Positions 9,349 through 18,405 of a stretch of 64,000 nt of DNA are shown in pieces (the first letter of the stretch is position 1; each line of letters starts with the position of its first letter). The stretch comes from Clostridiales bacterium (lineage in GTDB: Bacteria > Bacillota > Clostridia > Christensenellales > Pumilibacteraceae): contig JAFLVC010000010.1 in NCBI GenBank assembly GCA_022508505.1, positions 6,055 to 70,054 on the forward strand, in the 5' to 3' direction. The translations under genes were made by a program, and so were the position numbers. The notes under the pieces are model-generated. The model worked only from the letters and a program-made list of their open reading frames with translations, searched no databases and had not been told where the DNA came from.

Positions 9349-10021
9349 TAAAAGCAAGTGCCCCCGTCACGTCGGCATAATCATGGACGGCAACGGCAGG
9401 TGGGCTACCAAACGCCTTTTGCCGCGCACCGCGGGACACCGCGCCGGCGTTAAAAACATAACGTCGGTAGTCGAGGCCGCGCTCAATGCGGGAGTGCGGT
9501 GCGTAACGCTCTACGCGTTTTCCACCGAAAACAGAGGGCGTGAAAAGGACGAGATCGACGCGCTTATAGATCTTATCAGAAAGCATATCAAACCGATGAC
9601 GCGAGACTTGATTGCCCGCGGCGCATGCGTCGTGTTTTCGGGCGATTCGAGCTATTTTCCGAGCGACGTTCAGCAGCTCATGGCCGACATATCGGCGGAA
9701 AACAGCGGCTCGGAAACGTCGGTTAATATAGCGCTCAACTACGGCGGCAGAGAGGAAATAATCCGTGCCGCAAGGCTTGCAGCGGAAAGCGGCGAAATAA
9801 CAAAAGAGAGCTTTGAGCGCGAGCTTTACTCGTCAAAGCTTCCCGAGCTCGACATGATAGTGAGAACGGGCGGAGAAAAGCGGCTAAGCAATTTCCTGCT
9901 GTATCAGGCGGCGTATGCCGAGCTGTTCTTTACGGACACGCTGTGGCCCGATTTCGACGCAAAGGAATTGCTGTCGATGTTCGAAGAGTTCAATAAAAGA
10001 ACGAGAAAATTCGGAAAATGA
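9338..10021 (+). CDS. uppS: Undecaprenyl diphosphate synthase
   Basis: PRHVGIIMDGNGRWA, YAFSTEN, ALNYGGREEI, RTGGEKRLSNFLLYQAAYAE. Confidence 0.97.
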   Translation: MKSDKSKCPRHVGIIMDGNGRWATKRLLPRTAGHRAGVKNITSVVEAALNAGVRCVTLYAFSTENRGREKDEIDALIDLIRKHIKPMTRDLIARGACVVFSGDSSYFPSDVQQLMADISAENSGSETSVNIALNYGGREEIIRAARLAAESGEITKESFERELYSSKLPELDMIVRTGGEKRLSNFLLYQAAYAELFFTDTLWPDFDAKELLSMFEEFNKRTRKFGK

Positions 10022-10944
10022 ATAAAAAGCGTATAACCACAGGTATTTTTATAGGAATGACTTATGTCGGCGTGCTGTTGCTTGCCGTATACGTCCATCC
10101 GATATTTTTCGACGTGTTCGTGTTTTTGCTGTGCGCAGGCGGCGCGTGGGAAATGGCACGGGCTCTTTCCAACAAGTTCAGTCCCGCCATACTCATACTC
10201 GACATGATATCTGTAGTCGTGGGGTTTGGCGCGTTTTGGTTTGCGCAGTACTTTTTCAAGTCATATTCGGCTGGACTTTCGGGATACTTTGTATCGCTCG
10301 CAGTAATGATTCTCGTAACGGTGCTTGTGACGGCGTTTTCAAAAACGTACGTCAAGGGCAATGCGTTCACAACGATATTCGTAATGCTGTATCCCGTCGC
10401 GATACTGATGTTCTCTATGGGGCTAAACTACTTTATCGACCTCAATCTCGATTGGGTGGACGGCTCGAAGCCCATTCGAAACGCCGGGCTGTGTTTGATG
10501 TTTGTCGTTCCCGCGCTTACCGACACAATGGCATACGTCGTGGGCAGCATATTTAAGGGCAAAAAGCTCTGCCCGTCGATAAGCCCCAACAAGACCATTT
10601 CGGGCGCGTTCGGCGGACTGCTTGGCGGACTGCTCGGCGCCGGACTCGTGCTGCTCGTGACATTCCTTGCCGTAGAGTTCAACGTAAACCTTTTCGGACT
10701 CGCAATGCTGACCGACGGCGGGTGGACTGCGACAATAGTCAACCTGTTGATGCTCGGTCTGTTCGGCTCGGTGTTCGATCAAATCGGCGACCTTGTAGCG
10801 TCGTTTGTAAAGCGGCAGGTCGGGATAAAAGACTATTCAAATCTTTTGCCCGGACACGGCGGCGTTCTCGACCGCGTAGACGGGTTTATGCTGTGCGGCG
10901 TGTTCTTCTATATGTACTTCGCCGTCATGATGCTTGTAATATGA
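10018..10944 (+). CDS. cdsA: Phosphatidate cytidylyltransferase
   Basis: Multi-TM; DTMAYVVG, LCPSISPNKT, GDLVASFVKR..GIKDYSNLLPGHGGVLDRVD. Confidence 0.95.
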   Translation: MNKKRITTGIFIGMTYVGVLLLAVYVHPIFFDVFVFLLCAGGAWEMARALSNKFSPAILILDMISVVVGFGAFWFAQYFFKSYSAGLSGYFVSLAVMILVTVLVTAFSKTYVKGNAFTTIFVMLYPVAILMFSMGLNYFIDLNLDWVDGSKPIRNAGLCLMFVVPALTDTMAYVVGSIFKGKKLCPSISPNKTISGAFGGLLGGLLGAGLVLLVTFLAVEFNVNLFGLAMLTDGGWTATIVNLLMLGLFGSVFDQIGDLVASFVKRQVGIKDYSNLLPGHGGVLDRVDGFMLCGVFFYMYFAVMMLVI

Positions 10945-12050
10945 TTGAAATTTCGGTACTCGGTTGCACCGGCTCTATCGGATCGCAAACTCTCGATATA
11001 GCGCGTGCCAACAGGGATGCAATCAAGATAAACGCGCTTTCGTGCGGAAGTAACGTCGAGCTCTTGTGCAAACTTGCAAAAGAGTTCGATTGTCGTATTC
11101 TCGGCATAGCGAACGAGGACAAATATTCAGAGCTCAAAGCAAAAGCACCCAAGGGCGCACAAATATATTGCGGCGACGACGCGTTAGAGACGCTTGCGCG
11201 CTCCGCGCCGCTTGTCGTAAACGCCGTCGTCGGCATGATAGGGTTAAAGGCGGTGCTCGCCGCGCTTGACAACAAAGCGACTGTTGCGCTTGCCAACAAG
11301 GAATCGCTCGTTGCGGGCGGTGAGATAGTGAAAAGCGCACTTTCTCGCGGCGGCGAACTTCGCCCTGTTGACTCCGAGCACTCTGCTGTGTGGCAGGTGT
11401 CGCGCGGCGGCAAGAGCTTTAAGCGCATAATACTGACGGCGAGCGGCGGTCCGTTCTACTTCTATGACGGATCGCTCGAAAATGTAACGGTAGAGCAAGC
11501 GGTCGCACATCCCAATTGGAACATGGGGCAAAAGGTGTCCGTCGACTCGGCGACAATGATGAACAAAGCGCTCGAAATAATCGAAGCGCGTTGGCTGTTT
11601 GACACAACAGACATTGATTACGTCATACACCCCGAGAGCGTGGTGCATTCCATGGTCGAGTACGAGGACGGCTCTATAAAGGCTCAGGCGAGCTTTCCCG
11701 ACATGCGTCAGCCGATACAGTATGCGATTTTCGGCGAGCACGCGCCGCGGCAATACAAAGAACTGTCCCTGCCGCTCGATTTAAGGTTTTTACCGCCCGA
11801 CGAAAAACGGTTTCCCGCGCCGCTGCTTGCAAAGGAAGCAATCAAGGCGGGCGGCAATGCCGCAGTCATTTTGAACGCCGCAAACGAAGCGGCGGTGAGG
11901 CTGTTTCTCGAGCGCAAAATTGCGTTTACCGACATAGTAAAAACCGTGCAAAGCACAATGAAAAGCGAGCGCATAGAGCCGCTCTGCGGCGTAGAGAGCG
12001 TGTTTGCGACGCATAAACGCATTTACGATAAAATATACTCTTTAAAGTAA
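10941..12050 (+). CDS. dxr: 1-deoxy-D-xylulose 5-phosphate reductoisomerase
   Basis: Start at ATG 10941 overlapping the cdsA stop (ATGA); VLGCTGSIGSQTL, LANKESLV, PVDSEHSA, LTASGGPF, HPNWNMGQKVSVDSATMMNK. Confidence 0.97.
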   Translation: MIEISVLGCTGSIGSQTLDIARANRDAIKINALSCGSNVELLCKLAKEFDCRILGIANEDKYSELKAKAPKGAQIYCGDDALETLARSAPLVVNAVVGMIGLKAVLAALDNKATVALANKESLVAGGEIVKSALSRGGELRPVDSEHSAVWQVSRGGKSFKRIILTASGGPFYFYDGSLENVTVEQAVAHPNWNMGQKVSVDSATMMNKALEIIEARWLFDTTDIDYVIHPESVVHSMVEYEDGSIKAQASFPDMRQPIQYAIFGEHAPRQYKELSLPLDLRFLPPDEKRFPAPLLAKEAIKAGGNAAVILNAANEAAVRLFLERKIAFTDIVKTVQSTMKSERIEPLCGVESVFATHKRIYDKIYSLK

Positions 12051-12070
12051 GGACGGTTACAGAGGTCGCG

Positions 12071-13372
12071 TTGGAGTATTTTGCCTTTATAATTCTATCG
12101 ATCATGATACTCCTGCTCATGGTGCTAATCCATGAAGCGGGGCATTACACTACGGCAAAAATACTCGGCTTTACCATAGACGAATTTGCTATAGGCTTCG
12201 GACCGAAGCTCTTTTCTCGCCGCCGCAAAAACGGCGAGCTCTTTTCGCTTAGGGCGCTGCCGCTCGGCGGATTTTGCGCATTCTACGGCGAGGACGAGGA
12301 CGAGAACAAGCTTGATGATAATAAGTCCGAAGTAAGCGCCGACCAATCGCTTGACACTGTAGACAAAGAAAAAGATAAATCGGAAAGCGGCGAGAAAGCG
12401 TCCGACGACGACCTTTTGTCGTACGTCATGCAAAATGTCGAAAAAGAGCACGGAAGCGCCGATACGGAAAAGCGGGCGGAAACTGTTTCGCATTCCGGAA
12501 GTGTTGCTGCCGTCGCGACTGCGCCGACAAAGCCGCGACTCGGAAAGGACGGAAAGCCTGCGCTGCCGTTTAACGCTCAAAAACCGTGGAAGCGGCTGAT
12601 AGTTCTTATCGGCGGCGTGCTTTTCAATTTTTTGTCGGCGTTTATTTTTTCGCTCATTTATATAGGCGTCGTCGGGTTTCCCGTGCCCGAAATAACCGAG
12701 GTTTACACATACGTCAATCCCGAAACGCAGGCGGTAACTAAGTACAACGATTTCGAGGTTGGCGACAAGATAATCGCAATCAACGGCATTGAGATTACAG
12801 TCATGCGGTCTTACAACGACATTATCGAAGAAGTCGGCAACAAGGATACAATTAAGTTTAAGGTGCTTCGCGGCGGCAAAAAGGTTGACGTCGTCGCAGA
12901 ACGCAAGCAGATTACGCCGAGCGACGACAAGCAAAAACCGTATCTCGGGTTTGGGTACGTTCAAAAGTCGTGCTTTATCGGCAACAATGCGGGAAACGCC
13001 TTTACCTATTGCGTGCCGTACACCTTCAAACTGTCTTGGTCGATACTCGGTGCGTTCGGCGATATACTGACAGGGCGGCAGTCTATAACGAGCATGACGG
13101 GCCCCGTCGGCTCGATAAGCCTCATGGCGCAGGTGTCGGTCGCTGATTGGCGCAACATCTTGATTCTTCTTCCGCTCCTTGCGAGCAATCTCGCTATTTT
13201 CAATCTTTTGCCGTTTCCGGCGCTCGACGGCTCGCGCATGGTATTTACCGCAATAGAGTGGGTGCGAAAAAAGCCCATAAACCGAAAAGTCGAAGGCATG
13301 ATCCATTTTGTGGGCATGGTTGTACTGCTGTTGTTCGTTTTAGTGGTTGACATTTTATCTTTCGCGCTGTAA
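12071..13372 (+). CDS. rseP: RseP/RasP-type M50 intramembrane zinc protease with PDZ domain
   Basis: HEAGH, FAIGFGP, LPLGGF, NLLPFPALDGSR; position dxr-rseP-ispG. Confidence 0.95.
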   Translation: MEYFAFIILSIMILLLMVLIHEAGHYTTAKILGFTIDEFAIGFGPKLFSRRRKNGELFSLRALPLGGFCAFYGEDEDENKLDDNKSEVSADQSLDTVDKEKDKSESGEKASDDDLLSYVMQNVEKEHGSADTEKRAETVSHSGSVAAVATAPTKPRLGKDGKPALPFNAQKPWKRLIVLIGGVLFNFLSAFIFSLIYIGVVGFPVPEITEVYTYVNPETQAVTKYNDFEVGDKIIAINGIEITVMRSYNDIIEEVGNKDTIKFKVLRGGKKVDVVAERKQITPSDDKQKPYLGFGYVQKSCFIGNNAGNAFTYCVPYTFKLSWSILGAFGDILTGRQSITSMTGPVGSISLMAQVSVADWRNILILLPLLASNLAIFNLLPFPALDGSRMVFTAIEWVRKKPINRKVEGMIHFVGMVVLLLFVLVVDILSFAL

Positions 13373-13375
13373 AAT
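13347..13375 (+). promoter_or_regulatory. sigmaA promoter inside the rseP 3' end, 6 nt before the ispG GTG (leaderless)
   Basis: TTGACA(13347-52)-N17-TAAAAT(13370-75); no SD before GTG 13382. Confidence 0.65.
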
Positions 13376-13381
13376 ATACGC

Positions 13382-14431
13382 GTGAGCAAAGAGATTAAGA
13401 TTAAAAAGATTGCAATCGGCGGCGGCAACAGAATTGCCGTTCAGTCGATGACTAATACCGATACGCTCGACGCGGACGCTACCTTGGAGCAGCTTAAAAG
13501 ACTCGAATCGGCGGGCTGTGATATTGCGCGTATTGCCGTGTCGAGCAGTGCCGAGATAGAATCGTGCAAGAAAATCGTCGGAAAGACGAGCATGCCGCTC
13601 GTCGCGGACATTCAGTTCGACTATCGGCTTGCCGTCGCGGCATGCGAGATAGGGTTTGACAAAATACGCTTCAATCCCGGAAATATCGGGAGCGAAACAA
13701 ACGTAAAGCGCGTCGTCGACGCTTGCAAGGCGCACAATGTGCCCATTCGCGTTGGGGTGAATACGGGCTCGCTCGAAAAGGAGTTTAAAGCGCTTCCCGC
13801 GAGCTCTGCGCTTGTCGAGAGTGCGTTAAAGCACGTCAAGCTTCTCGAAAAGTACGGTTTTTGCGACACGGTCATATCGGTAAAGTCGTCCGACGTCAAG
13901 ACGACGGTCGACGCGTATAGACTGCTCTCTGAAAAGGTCGACTATCCGTTACATATAGGCGTAACCGAGAGCGGGAGCGACCTGCGCGGAACGGTGCGCT
14001 CTGCGATAGGCATAGGCTCTCTTCTCGTCGACGGCATAGGCGATACCGTGCGCGTTTCGCTGTCCGGAGATCCCGTAAAAGAGATCGAGGCGGCGCGGCT
14101 TATTTTGCAGGAGTGCGGCGTCGATAAAAACTACTGCGAGATAATCTCGTGCCCGACTTGCTCAAGGTGTAAGTACGACCTAAAATCGATTGTCGACGAG
14201 CTAAAAGAAGCGACAAATGACATCACGACGCACGTCAAGCTCGCCGTCATGGGCTGCGTGGTAAACGGCCCGGGCGAGGCGGAAGATGCGGACTTCGGCG
14301 TTGCGGGCGGCGGAAGCGACAAGGTCGCGCTGTTCGTTCACGGCAAGGTGATAAAGACGATAACGCAAGCGGAAATAGTGCCCGAGCTGCTTCGACTCGT
14401 GCATGACAAAATCGGAAGCGAAACAAAATGA
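13382..14431 (+). CDS. ispG: 4-hydroxy-3-methylbut-2-en-1-yl diphosphate synthase
   Basis: IAVQSMTNT, PLVADIQFD, RFNPGNIG, GIGDTVRVSL, SCPTCSRC, VMGCVVNGPGEA. Confidence 0.97.
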   Translation: MSKEIKIKKIAIGGGNRIAVQSMTNTDTLDADATLEQLKRLESAGCDIARIAVSSSAEIESCKKIVGKTSMPLVADIQFDYRLAVAACEIGFDKIRFNPGNIGSETNVKRVVDACKAHNVPIRVGVNTGSLEKEFKALPASSALVESALKHVKLLEKYGFCDTVISVKSSDVKTTVDAYRLLSEKVDYPLHIGVTESGSDLRGTVRSAIGIGSLLVDGIGDTVRVSLSGDPVKEIEAARLILQECGVDKNYCEIISCPTCSRCKYDLKSIVDELKEATNDITTHVKLAVMGCVVNGPGEAEDADFGVAGGGSDKVALFVHGKVIKTITQAEIVPELLRLVHDKIGSETK

Positions 14432-15912
14432 ACAAGATATATTCGATAATAAACGAAAGAGCGGGCGGGCAGTATAAGGACGTGAGGTTTTCTCAGGTCG
14501 TGTTTGACAACGTCGGCGCGACTGTGACGGTTACTTGTAAACCGAGCGAAATGCGCGCTATTGCCGCCGACGGCGAGCTCAAAGCGATGCTCGAAGATGA
14601 GTGCGCATTCAATCTGCCGCTCAAAATAAACGTCGTGGCAGAGGATGTTTCGGCGATTGCCGTTCGCAATGCGGTCGTCGATTTTACGCGCAAGTTTCCG
14701 TACGTCTCGTCCGTCGCGGACAATGTTACGGTTTCGGGCGAGCCGCCGACTGTCAGGATCGAAATGCACGAGAGTATGAAAAAGCTCGCGGAAGGCGACT
14801 ACGTGCCGAGGCTGAACGAGTTTTTGAAGAATAGGTACATAACGCCGATTGCCGTAGCAGTGGAAACAGCACAGCTCGAAACGTCGGCGGACGGCGAGAA
14901 AAAGCGCGAGCCCGTTGTGTACGAAATAGGCGGCTTAGAGCCGATTTTCGGCACGGTCGACGCACAAAAAGCGGTATCCGCCGCCGACGTAATCGGCAAT
15001 AACGACGATATTGCCGTGTGCGGCGTTCTTGCGATGGCGACCGACTATTTGAGCAAGGGCTCGGGCGCAAAGCACTCGCGGCCGTATCAAAAGTTTTTGC
15101 TGTACGACGGCACGGGTACGCTGCAGTGCCGCTGTTTTCCGCGCGACGGTTTTTCGCTTATCGACGCGGGCGTAGTTGGACAGACCGTGTGCGCTTTCGG
15201 AAATACAGAGGTGGAGCGCGGAAGAGTGGGCGAGACTTCTATGACGGTGCGCGGACTTTCGCGCGTCGGTACCGGCGGGCCCAAAGCGTTTGAAACTAAA
15301 AAAGCGCCCGACAAGTACGTTACAGTAAAGCCCGCACCGTATGAGGAATACGTGCAGGCGAGCTTGTTCGCAGGCGAAGATGTTTTACCCAAAAGCCTTA
15401 TGGGCTCGTTTGTCGCGTTCGACTTTGAAACGACGGGGTTATCTATACTGTACGACAAGCCGACAGAGATAGGCGCCGTTAAGATAAAGGACGGCGTAAT
15501 AACCGAAACGTTCTCGACGCTCATAGATCCCAAGCGCCCGATACCCGAAGAGGTTTCCAAAAAGACGGGAATCACCGACGACATGGTAAGAGGCAAGCCT
15601 CGGTTTGAGGACGTCTTGCCCGATTTTTACAAATTCTCTTACGGCTGCGCATTGATAGGGCACAATATAGCCTTCGACTTTCCGTTCCTCATAAAGTACG
15701 GAAATAAGTTCGGTTGGCCGTTCGGCGACCGCAGGACGTTTGATACGCTCGGCATGGCGCCCAAAGCTATTCCCGGTATCGATATTTTGACGCTCGACCG
15801 CGTTCTCGATTCTCTCGGGCTTGTAAACGACAACGCCCACCGCGCGCTCTCCGACGCCACCGCCACCGCAAAAGCGTTTATCGCAATGAGTAAAATTTTG
15901 GCGCGAAAATAA
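14428..15912 (+). CDS. PolC-derived 3'-5' exonuclease (PolC N-terminal region + OB fold + DEDDh exonuclease); lacks PHP and polymerase domains
   Basis: Occupies the ispG-polC-rimP position; OB-like 'DIAVCG...KFLLYDGTGTLQCRCF'; ExoI FDFETTG, ExoII HNIAFDF, ExoIII HRALSDA; only 494 aa, stop 20 aa after ExoIII. Confidence 0.85.
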   Translation: MNKIYSIINERAGGQYKDVRFSQVVFDNVGATVTVTCKPSEMRAIAADGELKAMLEDECAFNLPLKINVVAEDVSAIAVRNAVVDFTRKFPYVSSVADNVTVSGEPPTVRIEMHESMKKLAEGDYVPRLNEFLKNRYITPIAVAVETAQLETSADGEKKREPVVYEIGGLEPIFGTVDAQKAVSAADVIGNNDDIAVCGVLAMATDYLSKGSGAKHSRPYQKFLLYDGTGTLQCRCFPRDGFSLIDAGVVGQTVCAFGNTEVERGRVGETSMTVRGLSRVGTGGPKAFETKKAPDKYVTVKPAPYEEYVQASLFAGEDVLPKSLMGSFVAFDFETTGLSILYDKPTEIGAVKIKDGVITETFSTLIDPKRPIPEEVSKKTGITDDMVRGKPRFEDVLPDFYKFSYGCALIGHNIAFDFPFLIKYGNKFGWPFGDRRTFDTLGMAPKAIPGIDILTLDRVLDSLGLVNDNAHRALSDATATAKAFIAMSKILARK

Positions 15913-15913
15913 G

Positions 15914-16492
15914 ATGAATGAATTGGATTCAATTACAATTAAACCCGGGAGAAACTACCGAATAACGTTTGCGGTTTACAGCGCAGTTTTTTTCGCTTTG
16001 TGTGTTGACATCATAGGTGGGATTGTCAGTGCAATAAAACGGGATATTTATGATTTTGCCATGTTACAGTTTGTAGTTTTAGGTTTTGCTTTTGTTTGCC
16101 TTATCGGATATTTTATTTCCGAACTTGTTTGTCGACAAAAAGTAATAATATCTTCAAAGGAGTTAGTTAAGTATAAAGGTAATAAAATAGTTTTTAAAAT
16201 AAGTAGAAATGATATAGTCAATTTGATATATAATAAGCCAACTCTATCAATGCGACTGTTGTTTTTATTGGGCGTGTTTGTGCGCATGCCTTTTGTCGGG
16301 ATGCTGTCTATTCGATACAAAAATGCCGAGATAGATGAACCGCGAGTGCGGAATAGCTTTGAAGAATTGGTTACATTGAGTGAAGCGGAAAAAGAATCGG
16401 GAATTAAAGAGTATTTAGAATTATTAGGTGAAAAAGAATTGAAAAGAGTAAGTGCTGTCCTCAATATAAATGTAGAATATATCAGCGACTGA
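15914..16492 (+). CDS. Hypothetical membrane protein (2 TM + soluble, PH-like C-terminal part), AT-rich ORFan
   Basis: 192-aa ORF starting 1 nt after the upstream stop; visibly AT-rich with A/T-ending codons unlike all neighbours. Confidence 0.7.
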   Translation: MNELDSITIKPGRNYRITFAVYSAVFFALCVDIIGGIVSAIKRDIYDFAMLQFVVLGFAFVCLIGYFISELVCRQKVIISSKELVKYKGNKIVFKISRNDIVNLIYNKPTLSMRLLFLLGVFVRMPFVGMLSIRYKNAEIDEPRVRNSFEELVTLSEAEKESGIKEYLELLGEKELKRVSAVLNINVEYISD

Positions 16493-16503
16493 TATAACCA
16501 TAG

Positions 16504-16580
16504 AAATAGTAGTTAAAATTTATAACGACACAAGAGTATTAGGGTGTAACAAACTGTGAATAACGGTAGAAGCACACGAC
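16504..16580 (+). repeat. Intergenic repeat family, locus B (single copy)
   Basis: AATTTATAACGACAC-N10-GGGTGTAAC(16542-50)-N23-ACACGAC(16574-80), collinear with loci A and C. Confidence 0.8.
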
Positions 16581-16631
16581 AAAAACCCGATCTGTGATTG
16601 GTTCTTTTTTAAAAGAAGTAAGAGAAAACGC

Positions 16632-16660
16632 TTGCAATTTATATAATAGGGTGTTATAAT
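16632..16660 (+). promoter_or_regulatory. sigmaA promoter of the rimP-nusA-infB operon
   Basis: TTGCAA-N17-TATAAT with extended TG. Confidence 0.75.
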
Positions 16661-16684
16661 TATTTAAGAACATTAGCTGTAACG

Positions 16685-16713
16685 TGAGAGTGGGTATTGG
16701 TTGCCCGCTCTCA
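16685..16713 (+). promoter_or_regulatory. rimP leader hairpin (probable attenuator)
   Basis: GAGAGTGGGTA-ttggt-TGCCCGCTCTC stem; resembles the GAGTGGG...CCCACTC hairpin commonly upstream of Firmicute rimP. Confidence 0.65.
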
Positions 16714-16756
16714 ACTGCTGTTATGGGGTGTTTATTATTTCGAGGCGGAGGGCGTT

Positions 16757-17221
16757 ATCAATAACGTTATCGAAAGGGCAAGGCCCGTCATAGAAGCGAT
16801 CGTTTCCGAATTAGGTTATGAGCTTGTCGACATAGAGTACAAGACGCTGTACGGCGATAAACACCTTATCGTGTATATCGCAAAGCAGGGCGGCGTCAGT
16901 TTGGACGATTGCGAGCTTGTTTCCAACGCGCTCGACGGTCCGCTCGACGCGCTCGATCCGACGGGCGACGCGCCGTACTGCTTGGACGTGTCGTCGCCCG
17001 GGCTTGACAGGCCGTTCAAGACGCAACGCGACTTCGAGCGCAATTACGGCGAAAAGGTGGAAGTCAAGCTTTACGCGCCGCTTCCCGGGCAAAAGACAAA
17101 GCTAATCGTAGGCGTTCTCGTAAGCAAGACGGAAAGCGCGGTGACGGTTGAGGTCGACGGTAAACCGCTCGAAATAGAAAATCAAAAAATAGCTCTCGTA
17201 AGGCCGTTCGTCGAATTTTAA
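16757..17221 (+). CDS. rimP: Ribosome maturation factor RimP, probable non-canonical ATC start
   Basis: LGYELVDIEY, GGVSLDDCELVS, YCLDVSSPGLDRPFK; GGAGG at 16747-51 sits 5 nt before in-frame ATC 16757; the only in-frame canonical start upstream (TTG 16697) is in the hairpin loop without an SD. Confidence 0.9.
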   Translation: MNNVIERARPVIEAIVSELGYELVDIEYKTLYGDKHLIVYIAKQGGVSLDDCELVSNALDGPLDALDPTGDAPYCLDVSSPGLDRPFKTQRDFERNYGEKVEVKLYAPLPGQKTKLIVGVLVSKTESAVTVEVDGKPLEIENQKIALVRPFVEF

Positions 17222-17256
17222 CGGCGGCGCCTAAAATATATTTGGAGAAAAGAAAA

Positions 17257-18405
17257 ATGGCAAAGAAAAACACGACGCTCACTCTTCAAGCCGATTTCTA
17301 CGACGCTCTTGGCGATCTCGAATCAGAGAAGGGCATCAAAAGGGAAGTCTTTATCGACGCGCTCGAGGACGCGCTTACAAGCGCTTACAAAAAGCAGTAC
17401 GGCGTTCCCAAGCAGATCAAGATGATTCTTTCGCCCGAGTCCAAAACCTTCAAAATCTACACCTGCCAAAAGGTCGTAGAGCAGGTCGAGGACCGTGAGA
17501 CCGAGATAAGCCTCGAGGACGCGCGGCTCATCGACAAGAAGTACAAGGTCGGCGACGATATTTACGGACCTGTCGACGCAAACGAATTCGGCCGTATCGT
17601 CGCGCAGATGGCCAAGCAGATAGTCACGCAAAAGCTCCGCGCCTATGAGAGCGAGCTTGCGTACAGCGAGCTTGCCGAAAAGGAAGAAGAGCTCGTCACC
17701 TGCGTCGTTCACCGCATCGACGGCAAAAACGTGTGCGTCGAGATCAACAAGATGGAGGCTATTCTTTACCCGAAGGATCAGCTCCCCGGCGACAAGTTCA
17801 AGGTCGGCGACAAGATCAAGGTGTTCGTGCGCGGCATTAAGACAGGTCAGCACGGCCCGCAGGTGCTCGTCACGCGCACCGCGCCCGGGTTTATCAAGCG
17901 CCTGTTCGAGCTCGAAGTCCCCGAGATTTCGAGTGGCGTCGTCGCAATAAAGGGCATTGTCCGCGAGGCGGGCTTGCGTACAAAGATGGCTGTGCATGCC
18001 AACGATTCGGGCGTCGATCCCGTCGGCGCGTGCGTCGGCAACCGCGGCTCGCGCGTAAACAGCATCATTTCCGAAGTGGGCGGCGAAAAGATAGACATCA
18101 TACCGTGGCACGAGGATCCGTTGGAGTTTATCGCGCGCGCACTGCTTCCCGCCAAGGTCGTCATGGTCGAGGCCAAGGAGGACGAGCACGCGGCCAAGGT
18201 CGTCGTCATGGACGATCAGCTCAGCCTCGCAATCGGCAGAGAGGGTGTAAACGCCCGCCTTGCCGCAAAGCTCACCGGCTGGAAGATAGACATCAAGCCG
18301 TACTCGGCGATGGAAAAAGAGGTCAAGGCGGCCACCGAGCGTGCCGAGCAGATGGGCAGCGACAACTTCGACGTGTTCGAAGAGGACCTCGGAGAGCTCG
18401 ATTGA
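17257..18405 (+). CDS. nusA: Transcription termination/antitermination factor NusA
   Basis: EFGRIVAQMAKQ, VREAGLRTKMAV, DPVGACVGNRGSRV, GEKIDII, LSLAIGREGVNARLAAKLTGWKIDIK; start moved to ATG 17257 behind GGAG. Confidence 0.98.
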   Translation: MAKKNTTLTLQADFYDALGDLESEKGIKREVFIDALEDALTSAYKKQYGVPKQIKMILSPESKTFKIYTCQKVVEQVEDRETEISLEDARLIDKKYKVGDDIYGPVDANEFGRIVAQMAKQIVTQKLRAYESELAYSELAEKEEELVTCVVHRIDGKNVCVEINKMEAILYPKDQLPGDKFKVGDKIKVFVRGIKTGQHGPQVLVTRTAPGFIKRLFELEVPEISSGVVAIKGIVREAGLRTKMAVHANDSGVDPVGACVGNRGSRVNSIISEVGGEKIDIIPWHEDPLEFIARALLPAKVVMVEAKEDEHAAKVVVMDDQLSLAIGREGVNARLAAKLTGWKIDIKPYSAMEKEVKAATERAEQMGSDNFDVFEEDLGELD

